From Obrimoposthia wandeli (taxonomy: Eukaryota), in the NCBI GenBank assembly GCA_977020255.1, contig CDROCS010001661.1:1-64000 (forward strand): a stretch of DNA of 64,000 bases. The letters run 5' to 3'. Shown here in pieces: positions 1 through 14,333 of the stretch. The notes under the pieces were generated by a model. The model saw only the letters and a list, made by a program, of their open reading frames with translations. It had not been told where the DNA came from and made no database searches. Both the position numbers and the translations under genes were made by a program. Numbering within the stretch: the first letter of the stretch is position 1; every line of letters begins with the position of its first letter.

Positions 1-1400
1 TTTCATATATTTATAAACCTTATGCATTCCTAGATGACAAAGATATTGATAAGTTATTAATTTCATAGCGTCTTCGTAGGTATGCTTTGACATAAATCTG
101 TAAAATTCATGTTCAAAATAAAAGATATCTGCAGAGTTTAAGTGTTTTTTTTATTCAAGTTAAATCCAAGAATTTATTTTTTATTCTGATAAATCTATAC
201 TTTTTACTTCTAAATGCGACATTTTCTTCATTTTTCTTCACATGAATAGTTGCTTTCTTTTATCTTATCGAAGAAGTTGTCTCATTTAGTGAGTGAATAT
301 ATTGTATTTTAGATATTTTCTTCTTGTGCATATATGTTTTAGTTTTTGCATTCGAAGTGCGTCGGTTTCATTCAATCTTACTATCGGCAATAACATATAT
401 GGTTCTACGTACCTTTATGATGTTCTCCTAAATTTGTACTCACTTGATAAACTTCAGTAATATTTGAAATTGAGATCGATTGAAATTTTTGTTGTTCTTA
501 AAATCATTCACGATTTATGATAATATTTTTTCCAAAAAATTCTGAATCATTAGTAAATATTGTTTGAAATACATATTAAATTCAGCAATTTTCTAAAAAG
601 TTCCTTTTAAACATACACATTCTCATGAAAAAAGTCAAATACTTATTATAACTTTTGTTTTCATTTCATTTAGTTGTAAATTATATTCGTTAAAATTATA
701 AATGCTTTATTTTCACTCTGAAAAGTCATGATTGCACCTTGTGACATAGTGGGACTGTAATATTAAGAGCAAACTTTTATAAATCGTCGATATTGTTTAT
801 CATTTTAAGTATGATCATAGTTTCTGTAGTTTTGTTCTATAATTTCAAGTTGACTTAGACTGATTTATATGTATTTAGCTTTTGTGTATTTTAATCTATG
901 GCTTTTTAACATTTCGACATTGCAGTGCTTTATTTAAAATAGATCTGCAAGCTGCAATTCTTTTGAATGCTTCCTTTAATAATTTATATTTCTGGTTGTT
1001 ACAGACAAGGATATCATCGATATACAATTTTTCTGAATAAAGCAATCCATTGTGAATTTCTATGTATGATTCTGAAATGCAGGTTCTGTAGCCAACTCAG
1101 TGGGCCACCAACTGAAATAGTTGTTTGAGAGATTTGCTCCGAGATCTTCTCTGTTCGGTATTAGCTTATCCACATGAACAAAATATTTTTTCATCAAGGC
1201 GTTGTCGACAGACAGTATCTGTATTGAAAATGTCCTCTGGTTACATCAGAGGCTCCTGTAGTCACCAACACACATTCGCATACCTATTTCTTTATACGAC
1301 CAATGAGCCTCGACTTTTCATTCATCAAATTGGATTTCTTTAAATTGCATTCGCTTAAAAAATCTAGATCTGTCCAACCTTATGAGAGACAATTTTAATT
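1..1400 (-). mobile_element. Ty3/Gypsy pol remnant (RT-RNaseH), inverted copy of 9100-10590
   Basis: Reverse complement of 1-52 matches 10541-10592 and 45.9k. The rest aligns to the RT/RH remnant with many small indels between about 500 and 1400. Confidence 0.8.
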
Positions 1401-3506
1401 TCAATCAAATTTATATTTTTTCCAAACTCCTCAATATGAATGTCCTAGAATTGCATCTTACGTTTTTAAAGAATTTTATATATATCTCGATTTTTTTTCT
1501 TTCGAGGAAACTTTTTTATTTTAAAGACGAGTTCTAAATTGCATAATATTACAAAAAGTTTTAATCTAAAATAGAAAAGAGAATAAAATAATCTTAAAAC
1601 AATTTAATGTTACGTCAGTTAAATATTAATAAAAACTTTACTTTTGAAAATGTTATTTTATATTTTTAAAAATGTAATTTTCAGATTTTCTCTATAAAAT
1701 TAATGTTTAATTCTTTTTTTTGGTATATTTCATAATTCTAGAATATGATGTCAAGTTATTCTGAGTTCTTTACAAAATTATTTTGAAAGTTTTAAAACAT
1801 GTCAGAAATGAATCTAACAACAAGATAAATATTTAGTTAAACGTTTTATCGTTTTCTTAAACTTGCAATATTTGAATTGGTGAAAAGTTTAAGTATTTTT
1901 AAATTGATCATATTTGCACTTGAAACACATCGCAATCTACTAATATTTAATAGCCATATGAGATGGTTGTAGCTATCCATATATGAAACTTTTAATTGTC
2001 TAAAAAAAGCAAAATGTGTGAAAGTAAGTATACAAATAAATATTATTCACTTATTGAAAAGATAAGTGATCAAGTTATATACTCAAAATTTCATTGTTGA
2101 CATTTTAACTTATAAATTCTATGGTTAGAAAAAATTTTTGAATGGTTTTATTACAATAAAATGACTTTTGATATTTCTTTGATTGTTACTTTGCAATTTT
2201 TTTAAAGTACTTAACTACCTAGAATTTTAATCGTTTCTTCTATGTAATACTCGTCAAAAATTCAGTATCACTCTTCACAAAATATTTGCTTCATGATATA
2301 TCAGCATCTTTTTATTTTACATTAGTAGTTGACTGGAATTGACATATTCACTCATCGAGATGAAACCGTGAAAACCACATCGAAAAGTTATCTAAAGTTA
2401 TCGTTTTCTTTGCAATGCTAATAGTGACAATCTTGTATTTTTAAATATTTCGGTATTGTACGTTAAATTTGTAAATACAATTTAAATCTCTTTAATGTTT
2501 ATTATTTCGCAAGGAAACAATTAATCAGTTACTTAAAGAATGTGTTTATGTATTTGCCAAACAGCTTATAGAAGTTATCATTGAAAATGGCATTGTTTTA
2601 GTATAACGTATTAAAATATTTAAAGTGAAAAATGCGTAAATTCAATACTTGATCTTATTGCCGCATTTGAATTGTGATATTCCTAACTATTTTAAAGGGA
2701 TTTTATTTAAGCGAAGCCTGTTGGGATGATACAATTTCAGACTCTGAATACTTAAAAATGTACGCCTGTTAGATCCAATCTAAATTTAGTTTTTATTTTC
2801 ATTATTATTTTCCAAAAAAGTTTTATCGTAATGTTTGATTATTTAACATTATTTTTAGTAAAATATAAAATATATTAATTTGTGTATTTAAATTAAAATT
2901 ACATAACGGATTATGTATTATAAAATTTTAATTTCAATTAAAATTTAGTTAATTAATATTAATATCAAAAATTAAATATAATAAAATTAATTAAAATGGT
3001 AAAAAGCATAGGTATTACCTGCCAGCATTTTATATTCCTCAATTGATTTAAAATTTAATAAAAAAATCTAAAAAGTTTAAATAAGATACTTATTTTTAAC
3101 ATTATTAATATATCAAGTATTAAATATAAAATGAATACAAGGCAAGTTCTCACCCTTCGTGAATGTTTTTTATTCATTTTATTTCAGATAGAACAAAATA
3201 TTAAAAACGGTTATAGTGTAAAATAAAACACTCAGTCTTCTCCCAGCATTGAGTGGATTAAACTGTCTCAGGTTCTTACATTTTGTGGACGCCAACTGTA
3301 CTACATGGTTAGTTAAAGGTTTGAAGTGTAAATATTGTTAAATATTGTTAATAAAAAAATTAAAAGTAATGTTATTTATAATGTTATATTAAAATAACAA
3401 CTGCCTTGTTCACCTAATAACATAAAAGTAATTTTATACAAAGTAATTTTTGAAGATTATAATTTATTAAAAAAACAAAGCCTTTTTGGTACTTGTCAAA
3501 AAGAAT

Positions 3507-4364
3507 TCAATTTTCATGTGGACAAAATATGTCAACTCTGTAATTCTAGGGTGCAGTTGTGACAGATCTATTGGCCACAAATACCTAAGGAGTCTTGGGG
3601 CTCGATGGAGTCGCTCAGCATCAACGATTTCTTCTCGGCACATGGCACAATGCTGCATTGAAGCTCTTCCAAAAAGCACTATTTTCATGTTACCTCTCAG
3701 CTGAGTTGGCAGCTGCGTCGTGAGAAGTAGATCTTGAGATCGACTACACGCTTCCTTGTGATGTCGACCAGTAGTTCTAAATCTTGACACAAAGATCGGT
3801 TGGTCCAAATCGCCCACCTATGGCCCCATGCTGAATGTGTACAAGAGATAACAACTGTTCTTGCACATCTTTCATGCAATTCAAAGACGACTCCAGACTG
3901 TCAGAGCCTTCTGAATTCTGTTCTGTTTCCAGGACCTTATTAAAGTTTTCTGTGAACTCATCCTCAAGCTTTGCATAGTGTTGCACAAATACGAAGACAA
4001 TGGAACCACTTTTCAGTGTCGGTCCGTGATCCCGTTGTTGTGCGGCTAATTCCTAGAAATTCATGGGTCAGCAAATGCGGTCGTCAGCACCTCATACAAG
4101 GCCCGAACACTTCGCTTTCGTATCCTCCACAATCTCTCTGCACAATCCTTCCCATTCTTTCCGCAGAAGTGTGGCCACTCTAACTCGGCTCTCAGTGCCA
4201 TTTTGACAAATGAAGATGTACTGCAATTCATTTCGTTCAAATGGACAGCTACAGTTGACTAGCATCCATACCTTGAGACACTCGGTGTGGAAATAGTGTC
4301 TGCACTCAGTCACACAAACTTCATCATCCTCTAGCTCTCCAGTACAAATGATACATGAATCCAT
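3507..4364 (-). pseudogene. Twin-RING protein, copy 1 (frameshifted)
   Basis: Starts MDSCIICTGELEDDEVCVTECRHYFHTEC and ends CPHEN-TGA. It spans 858 nt versus 870 nt in intact copies, with several small deletions splitting the frame. Confidence 0.9.
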
Positions 4365-4513
4365 TCTATGATTTGATAAATTTTGAGACTTGAGACTACA
4401 GACTTGATTAATTTATTCACTTTTTATCTTACTGATTCTTTTTCTTGATCTCTTAGGCTTTACTTTTTCTTTGCATTTACGTTTACTATCAATTTCTTAA
4501 AATGCAATGCAAA

Positions 4514-5141
4514 TTATTTTTTATAATTTTTTTCTTTTTGTTTATAAACAGTTACTCCCTTAGAATTAAATATATATGTTAAAACACGTAAATCATATAA
4601 GCAGGCTTGTGTAAATTCAATAAATATATATCCATGTGCTTGTTTATCAGCATCATGGAATGAATGAACTAGAAAGTTTTTTATTTTGCAAAAGCTTGTC
4701 TGGCCACGAAATCTACAACTGTTTGATCTCTCGAATTTTTAAATAATACTAAGTAATGTATATTAAAATATCTTGATCTATGATGACATCCTTGATGAAA
4801 AAGATTTTGAGTGATAAATATATCTGTTACTTCACGATGTCTTGCAATCTTTGTAAATAAATTAAAGTCCGATTCCTTGTTAGCTTCTTGATACTAATCA
4901 TCAATAATTTATATATTTTATTTCTTCAAACTTTGGCTCAAGTCGTATCAAATCCTTCAATAAATATTATTACTTTCAACTTGCAAACTTATGTTTGGTC
5001 TATTCTACTTTCCCATTCTCTACAATGTTACTGAAAAATATTTTTACAATTGGATATGGAAATAGTTTCATTTTTGTAACAATTTCCTGGGATCCACTTT
5101 CCACTGGGATCAACTATTTGAAATACGGTATTTTTATTCAT
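4514..5141 (-). pseudogene. Polinton-type packaging ATPase (A32/FtsK-HerA) remnant, copy a
   Basis: Inverted copy of 57138-57768. Degenerate Walker A (IVDPSG-SG), Walker B (IIDD) and the FITQNLFHQG and HYLVLFKN-RD motifs are present. Confidence 0.85.
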
Positions 5142-5169
5142 CTTCTTTACATATAGACTTTCATATAAT

Positions 5170-5636
5170 CATTTATTTTCTCAATATTCGATTCAACAGC
5201 CTATTGATAATCCAAATTTATCAATCTCCAAAATCATAAGTTTCCCACTGGAAAATATATTTACACATATCGGTGAAAACGTCAAATATCTGAGTGCAGG
5301 AAACTTTTCAGGTTCAAACATGCATCGTTCTATCATTTTCTCTGTAATTTTATAAAGATTTATTGGTTTCCCAAGATTTTATGAAACTATGATTGATTGT
5401 TTGGTGCAGATTTGAATTCCAAAGAGTAAATTGATCTCATTAAATGGTGTTTTTGCATCCCATAATAAAACTAACTTGAGGGAAACATACCAACTGTTTT
5501 TGATACTGAGAAGACCCAATTTTCTCAACGAGACATTAAACAATGAGGAAGTATAATAAACTGGTATATACGGATTGGCATAAAATGATTCTTCATAACT
5601 TGTTAAGCTTATATTTCTCCAAATACATTTTAGCAT
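5170..5636 (-). pseudogene. TBP-like gene remnant, copy a
   Basis: Translates to ...MGCKTPF...QSIIVS*NLGKPINL...CMFEPEKFPALRYLTFSPICVNIFSSGKLMIL, resembling the TBP YEPELFPGL..IF.SGK motif. It has stops, frameshifts and a deletion across the intron acceptor. Confidence 0.8.
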
Positions 5637-5802
5637 TCAGAAACGAAAAAATAAATTCATTTCAATAAAATTCCTTCGACAATTGAGGATATTTATAGAT
5701 TTATTTTCAACCAATACATTATTACAAAAAAATATTTAGATACAATTGAATTTTCCGAACAGATAATACATAATTTTAATACAAAATTTATCAAATCATA
5801 GA

Positions 5803-6676
5803 ATGGATTCATGTATCATTTGTACTGGAGAGCTAGAGGATGGTGAAGTTTGTGTGACTGAGTGCAGACACTATTTCCACATCGAGTGTCTCAAGGTATG
5901 GATGCTAGTCAGTCAACTGTAGCTGTCCATTTGAACGAAATGAATTGCAGTACATCTTCATTTGTCAAAATGGCACTGAGAGCCGAGTTAGAGTGGCCAC
6001 ACTTCTGCGGAAAGAATGGGAAGGATTGTGCAGAGAGATTGTGGAGGATACAAAAGCGAAGTGTTCGGTCTTGTATGAGGTGCTGACGACCCAGATGGTG
6101 CTGACCCATGAATTTCTAGAATTAGCTGCACAACAACGGGATCACGGACCGACACTGGAAAAGTGGTTCCATTGTCTTTCGTATTTGTGCAACACTATGC
6201 AAAGCTTCGAGGATGAGTTCACAGAAAACTTCATCAAGGTCCTGGAAACAGAACAAAATTCAGAAGGCTCTGACAGTCTGGAGTCGTCTTTGAATTGCAT
6301 GAAAGATGTGCAAGAACAGCTGTTATCTCTTGTACACATCTGCAGCGTGTTAGGGGCCATAGGTGGCGATTTGGACCGGGTCCGATCTTTGTGTCAAGAT
6401 TTAGAACTACTGGTCGACATCACAAGGGAAGGTGTAGTCGATCTCAAGATCTACTTCCTCACGACGAAGCTGCCAACTCAGCTGAGAGGTAACATGAAAA
6501 TAGTGCTTTTTGGAAGAGCTTCAATGCAGCATTGTGCCATGTGCCGAGAAGAAATCGTTGATGTTGAGCGACTCCACGAGAGCCCCAAGACCTTAGGTAT
6601 TTGTGGTCACAGGATCTGTCACAACTGCACCCTAGAATTACACGAGTTGGACATATTTTGTCCACATGAAAATTGA
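5803..6676 (+). pseudogene. Twin-RING protein, copy 2 (4-bp frameshift)
   Basis: ATG at 5803. A 4-bp duplication (ctagtcagtcaactg versus ctagtcaactg) shifts the frame inside the first RING; length 874 = 870+4. Confidence 0.9.
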
Positions 6677-9099
6677 ATTCTTTTGACAAGTACCAAAAAG
6701 GCTTTGTTTTTTAATAAATTTAGTAATCTTTCTAAAATTACTTTGTATAAAACTACTTTTAATATTATTAAATTGAACAAAGGCAGTTATTTATTTTAAT
6801 ATAACATTATAAATAACATGATTTTAATTTTTTTATTAACAATATATTTAACAATATTTACACTTCAAACCTTTAACTAACCATGTAGTACAGTTGGCGT
6901 CCACAAAATGTAAGAATACAAGTTGATTTAATCCACTCAATGATGCTGAGGATTTGAGTGTTTTATTTTACACTGCAATAAAAGCCGTTACAATATTTGT
7001 TCTATCTGAAATACAAATGAAAAAAACATTAGGAAAGTGAGAACATACTAACTATTCATTTTTTTATATTTAATACTTGATATATTAATAATGTTAAAAA
7101 TAAACTATCTTATTTAAACTTTTTAGATTTTTTTATTAAATTTTAAATCTAGTGAGGATACAAGTTAAGGGTTATGGAATGCTGGCGGGTAATTTTAATA
7201 CTTTTACCATTTTTTAATTAATTTTTATTATATTTGAATTTTTATTATTGAAATATTAATTAACTAAATTTTAATTAATTAAAATTTTATAATACATATC
7301 CGTTTAATAATATAATTTTATTTAAATACACAAATTAATATATTATATATTTTTACTAAAAAATAATGTTAAATAATCAAACATTACCGATAAAACTATT
7401 TCTAAAGTGGGAAAATAATGAAAAATTATAAAAACCTAAATATAAATAGAGAATAAGATTGGATCAAGTAACGAACACCGAGAAAACACTGCATTTTAAG
7501 TATTCAGGGTCTGAAACAGTATCATCAAATTTTAACAGATAGTTTCCGCTAAATAAAATCCACTATAAACAAACTAAGCTCTCCACAATTCAAATGCGGC
7601 AGATAGATCAAAAAGTATTATTAGTACGCATTTTTCATAGTTTAAATATTTTAATACATTTTATACTAAACAATGCCATTTTAGTTCAATGATAACTTCT
7701 ATAAGCTGTTTGGCAAATACATAAACACATTCTTTTTTAAGTAACTGATTAATTGTTTCAAAACTTATTTTTCAAGAACTTTCAATAAACATTAAAAGTT
7801 TAAATTGTATTTACAAATTGATAAATTGGCTTTGTGCGCACACAAAACATAATACCGAAAATGATTGCATAATACCACAAGGATGGCCTGTCACACTATT
7901 AGCATTACAAAGACGATTAACTTTAGATCAAACTTTTCGATGGTTTCACTGATTTCTGTCAGTGAATGAAATGTCAATTCCAGTCAACTATAATAGTAAA
8001 TAAAAAAATGCCTGTTATCAGTAATGAGCAAATATTTATTGAAGGTGACTACTGAATTTTGACGGGTATTGCATAGAGAACATTAAAATTCTAGGTAGTG
8101 TACTAAAAAAATAAATTGCAAAAGTTATAACTTAATCTTAAAAAATATCAAAGATCATTTTATTTGTAATAAAAACCAATTCAAAATTTTTTCTAACAAA
8201 CCATAAAACACTAAGTTAAATAATCAACAATGAAATTTGACATTTTGAATATATAACGGTCACTGTCTTTCAGTAAATTGAATATATTTATTTGTATACT
8301 TACTTTCACACATTTTTAATTTTTAGACAGTGCAGTAACAAAGTTTCATATGGGTAGCTACCCAGCCATCTCATGGCTTTATTAAATATTAGTAGATTGC
8401 GATGTGTTTCAAGGTATGCAAATATGATTATAGATAATGGTAAAAAATTATACTTCCCCAAGGCTTTTCCGCGTGAATTCTAAATATTGCCCAGAGACAG
8501 AAGAAACGATAGAAAAACGTTTAACTAAATATTTATCTTGTTGTTATTATTGATTCATTTCTGACATGTTTTAAAAACTTTTCAAAATTAATTTTGTAAG
8601 ATGTAGGGGAACTCAGAATAACTTGGCATCATATTATTCTAGAGTATGAAATATATACCAAAAAAAGAATTAAACATTGGGTAAAGTAGTGCCAAAGACG
8701 TTTTGCAGAAAATCTGAAAATTACATTTTTAAAGAAAAATATAAATAACATTTCAAAGTAAAAGTTTTTATTAATATTTAACTGACATATACTAATATAT
8801 ATCGTAACATTAAATTGTTTTTAAGATTATTTTATTCTCTTTTCTAAGGTTTGTGATATATTTTAGATTAAAACTGTAATATTATGCAATTTAGACTCGT
8901 CTTGCATGATAAAAAAGTTTTCCTCGAAAGAAAAATCAGATACAATATGAAATTCTTTAAAACGCGATAGATACTAAATTCTAGGACATTATATTGAGGA
9001 GTTTGGAAAAATATGTATATGTTCTAAATTTGATTGAGGATATACCAAAATTGTCTCTCATAAGATTGAGACTATTGCTGATCCAATTTTTCAAAATCC

Positions 9100-11050
9100 T
9101 AGACGACAAGCAATGCAATTAGAAATCCAATTTGATGAAAGGATGAAAGTCATTCGAACCTTCATTGGTCATTGTAAAGAAACCAGACAATACAAATCGA
9201 ATGTGTGTTGACTACAGCCAATTATATGATGTAACCAAGAAGTTTACATTTTCAATACAAGATGCACAACTCTTGTTCGATTGTATAGGTGATGAAAAAA
9301 TATTTACGACACTAGATATTGGACAAGCTTATTACCAGGTAGATCTAGAGAAAAGAATCTCAGACAAAATCGACTCTCAGTACAAAACTGAGACAATTTT
9401 ATTTCAGTTGGTGGCCATTTGGGTTGGCTACAGGACCTGCCACATTCCAGAATCATACATAGAAATTCTAATGGATTGCTGTTCAGAAGAAAAATTGTAT
9501 ATCTGGATGATATCCTTGTCTATAGTAACAACCAAGAAGAACATTATAAATTATTAAAGGAAGCATTCAAAAGAATTGCAGCTGCAGGTCTCAATATAAA
9601 CCCTAATAAACGCTACAATGATCAGAAACTGTTAAAAGCCATAGGTCATACGATAACACAAAGCTAAATACATATAAATCAGTCTAAAGTCAACGAAATT
9701 ATAAATTTCAAAGAACCCGACTGTAAGGGAAACTATGATCATACTTAGGAATGACAAACTATTATCGACGATTTATAAAAGTTTATGCCAATATTGCAGT
9801 CCCACTATGTCACAAGGCAATCATACTAGACTTTTCCAGGTGAAATAAAACATTTATAATTTTAACAGATGCCAGTTTTGGTGCGATTTGGGGCAATATT
9901 GTGCCAACTGAATGAAATGAGAAACAAAAAAGTGATTGCATATGCTTCAAAACATTTGACTTTTCATGAGAAAGAATATTGTGTTACCAGAAAGGAACTT
10001 TTAGAAGAATACTAATTTAATATGTATTTCAAACAATATTTATATGGAACAGAATTTTTGGAAAGAACATATCATAAATCGTAAGTGTTTTTAAGAACAA
10101 CAAAAATTTCAATCAGTCCTCAATTTCAAATATTACTGAAAGTTTATCAAAATTCTAATTTTAAGTTAGAACATCGTAAAGGTATTGACCATGGTATTGC
10201 CGATGGCTTGTTAAGATTGAATGAAACCGACTGCACTCAGTGCAAAACTAAACATATATATGCACAAGAGAAGATATCTAAAATACAATATATTCACTCA
10301 CTAAATGAAGACAACTTCTTCAGTAAGATAAGAAAAATACAACAAGAATATATTCATGTGAAAGAAATGAAAGTGTGCATTTAATTATAAAGTATAGATT
10401 TATCAGAAGAATGCAAAATAAATTGGATTTAGCAGATAAAAGAAACACTTAAACTCTGCGATGATATCTTTTATTTTGAACATAATTTTACAGATTTAAT
10501 AGTCATACCTACGAAAACGCTTATGAAATTATTAATAACATTTATCAATATCTTTGTCATCTAGAAATGCATAAGGTTTATAAATATATGAAATATAATT
10601 TTATTTTGGAAAGAATAATTCAAAAATAAAATAAATAAGTTGAATTTTTAGATCAAATGCTTGTCGATACAGCCCACATGAAGGAAGGATGATCTAAAAA
10701 GAAATATATGTCGATAGTAATCGATCGATTTAGTAAACTGGTATTACTATTAATAACTACAAAATAAGATGAAATAACAATTACTAAAGAACTCATAGAC
10801 AAATTGAATATATACATTTGGGAAACCTAAAAGCATTTTAATAGATATAGGACGAATATTTACTGGAAATTATTTTCAGAATTAGCGACGAAAATTTGGT
10901 ATGTTCAATACAGCTCTTAATCAAAGTAACGGTCTGGAAGAAAGAGTTATACACACATTAAGATATATGATGGTTAAGACAAAAGTGTCTACTAAAACAG
11001 GAAAATGCGGATTGGATTTTACTCGGCATATTTGGTTACAGATAATGACG
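9100..11050 (+). mobile_element. Ty3/Gypsy pol remnant (RT, RNaseH, integrase)
   Basis: VIVKKPDNTNRMCVDY, FTTLDIGQAYYQ, YLDDILVYS, TDAS-type RNaseH, IVIDRFSK and QSNGLEER integrase motifs in RT-RH-INT order, broken by frameshifts. Confidence 0.92.
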
Positions 11051-11789
11051 AGGAATAATATTTGTGAGAGTCTAGTGCTGTGAAAATAGATGATAGTGTG
11101 CCTCTATGGTATCCCATTAAAGTGTATGTAGAGAAAGAGAAGAGAGCGGAGGAGAAGGAGAAACCTAGAATCGAAGATTTAGATCAAACTGAAGGAGAGG
11201 CAGCAAAAGAGGACAATGTAAATAATTTTTGCATATATATATATATATTTTTAAAAAATAATTAAGTAATTTTTACTAACAAATATTTTAATTAATTCTC
11301 TCTCATTTGATCGGGTAGAATTAAGTCAATTGTAACAGTTATTGTAAATAATGAAACATTTTGAAGATTTACGGTAGCATTAGGCGATAAAGTAAATGAC
11401 GCGATTATAAGCGCTACTAGAATAGGTCAAATTTTAGACAGATTCAGTGATAAGGTAAATTATGATGTTATAAGCACTACTAGAATATGTCACCGGTATA
11501 ATATAGATACTATTTATACAAATCCCGGAATATTTTTAGGAACTAGAGAGACAAGAGTGTCTTTTAGTCATTGCTCTTTGGAAGAAAGGGTGTTAGTAGA
11601 AAAGCTTGCGGAAGCTCGTTTTCCTCATTTTCCCCAATTGACTAATTTAAATAGTACATTTTCTGCAACCAATATTTTAGGGAATAAAGATAAAAAGGTA
11701 AAAGTAAATACCTTCATTAAGCCTAACCTCAAGTCGTGTTTTTTAATATAGAGCAAAAATATCCGTGTGATTGAGTACATGGAGAGGTG

Positions 11790-12530
11790 TAGTTGGAAGG
11801 ATATACGTGGAAAGGTAAGATACTCTGGGAGTACTGGTTGGAATCGGAAGGGAAATGCATAAGACCAGACGACGTTATTAAGAGCGGTGCAAACGTCAGG
11901 GTAACACCAAAATTGAAAGATGACATGGAACATGAGAAGAATATAACTAAGTTGGATATAATACTAGCAGGAGAAGAGTGGTCAGATTCATGTAACACTA
12001 GAGAAGATACAGATTAAAGAAAAGAGTATAGAGATATCGTACGAAGATTTGGTGAACAAAATAATAAGGAATTGGAGCAGGCGCTGGAGTAAAAGAACAA
12101 CTCGAGATAATGGAAATAAAAAGTGACATTGCAAAGATAGAAAGAGAATTTGAAACTAGAACCAAAGAAGAGTCAAGCTATGTGAAAGAAGAAGTCAATA
12201 GATAAAAGAAGTCAGACAGAAACGTTTTAAAGGGTCGGAAAAAGATTAGTATTCCATACTTCTTTGGTGATTATAAATATTATGAGAGTAGGCGGGCAAT
12301 ATTTGATACTGTCATCGATCAGACCGATGCACCAAGGCAAGAAAATAATGCTGCAGCTGATGGAGGTTCACGGATGCAAGTTACGATAAAGCTTTAAGAT
12401 TGCTAGAAGAAAGATACGATGGAAGGGAAAGAAATTAAAGAGGTTTATTGGATGAAATTTAAATGTTTAGAGTGATAAGATGGGGAGAAGACCAAGATCT
12501 GGATGCAATTTTACAATTAATAAACAAGAT
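11790..12530 (+). mobile_element. BEL/Pao gag remnant (DUF1759-like)
   Basis: Frames give KKISIPYFFGDYKYYES-RAIFDTVID and SYDKALRLLEERY, matching the LP.F.GD...W..F and Y..AL.LL..RY pattern of Pao gag. Confidence 0.7.
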
Positions 12531-13439
12531 AATACTATTTAAAGCACATCCGCTTGTGGTAATTCGTACACCAACGAAGGCCGAGTCAGCGGACAATGGA
12601 AGCGGAGGCACCATAATTTTCACAGAAATCACGACAGGCATATAAGTTTTAGATGTTTTTGAAGAATATTTTAACATAGTTCGAGTTAAAAATGAAAATA
12701 TATTTTGGGATAAAATTAGACTGAAGAACGATCCATAGAGTAAACATGATCTGATAGAGGTAAATAAATATTAATTTGGAATTCAGCATGTTCGAATCAT
12801 ATATATAAACTTTAAAAATCCCACAACAGAAGAAGGTTTTCAAATGTGAGCCAGTAATAGTTATTTGTATTAAATTTTTGTATATTTAATTATTGTAATT
12901 AATTTAACACTTTATAATTTTTTTTATTATAATTTTAAAGAAAATAATAATTTTAGAATATTTTTATATATATATAAATATATATATATATGTATGCAAT
13001 CGTACTTGTACTTGTAAAATTAATTACATAAAATGATACATTATCATGAAGTGGTCGCAGTGACCCCATGCTAATAATGAAGTAGAACACAGGTGTATAT
13101 CACTTTTAATATTAGTTTAATTTGAGTAACATTGGTTGTTAGCTGGTAATTATATCAACAGTTACTAAACTTGTAAGCTTTAAACTGTATTTAGCGATGT
13201 TTTTAAAACAAACCATTTTAATTAGTTTATTATCAAAACAAGCCAGGGTAATCAGATATGGGGTTTTTTTCATCCATAGATGAAAGGGTCTGGCTCAATT
13301 ATAACTTGACGGTTTGAAGGTATGGTTGGCCAACATATCCAAGGGGTTGAGGTCGTCTATATATGAAGGGGTAGGGATCAGTTACGACTTGAAGTTATAT
13401 TTGATGTCATCTTAATTTTTAAAATTTATTTAAATCTGA

Positions 13440-14300
13440 ACTTTAAATTTTACTGGGATATTTTTCTCCAATATATATATTATCTGATATATTCTTCAAC
13501 AGTATCAAATTAACAATATTTCCTACCTATTTCTTTGATCTATATGCAATGTATATGTAGGAAATTTTATAACATCAACATATTTTTCTTCAATGAAGAC
13601 ATCATTGTATAAAAGTACATTAATCCTTATATTCGGATTCTTTGTCTCAAACTTTAATATATTTGAAATCTTCATTGGCATATCTGTTTCGTCAAACATC
13701 AAATCTTTCAAAACTGGTGAATACTTTCATACAAGAGTTGTATGATTAGTAATCTCACCATGTTTCAAAACAGCCAGAATTACATAAATAAAACACAGAT
13801 TGTCATTGTTTCGAAAACTTACAATAGCTTTACTTTTTTATAACGATTTTGGTGTTGGAATGTTTGAATGTCCAGATAATGCAGATCTTTCACTATATTT
13901 CGTTATGACAAATACATAGTCTAAAACTTTTATTAATTTCCATCCACTTCATTTTCGGAATATTCTTCAACTCTCTTATCCATAGTTTCTTCGATTTCAG
14001 GCATTTTTCATAAATAAATATGACCGCCTTATGAGACCGTTCTCCTTTTTTAATTTCATCCGTATAATGTATTGAATTTTTGCATTGCCCATATTATTCA
14101 TTATTTCTGCTAATTTAAATAGAATATTATTCGGAATTTTTAAATCAATAAGATCTAGATGAGCAACTTTCATTGTCGAAGCCGGAACTGCGATTGGAGT
14201 CAAATCATAATTTAAAGCTATAGTCGGAATTGAATTTAAAAATCTTTTTTCTACTTATAAATGCTTTTAAATAATGTTTTCTATAAAATTCTTATAATTA
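13440..14300 (-). pseudogene. Polinton protein-primed DNA polymerase B, N-terminal fragment, copy 1
   Basis: VEEYSEN(G)SGWKLIKV...NIPTPKSL*KSKAIVSFRNNDNLCFIYVILAVL...KFETKNPNIRINV...IVNLILL, matching the GSGW / KKAIINI.N.D.KCF / FEKQNP.ISINV motifs of Polinton PolB. Confidence 0.85.
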
Positions 14301-14333
14301 TCCAGTTCTGTAGTTGAACAATATGGACAAATA

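Noticed and set aside
10640-11050. Polinton integrase
   Set aside because: It follows RT and RNaseH colinearly, so it belongs to the Gypsy element.
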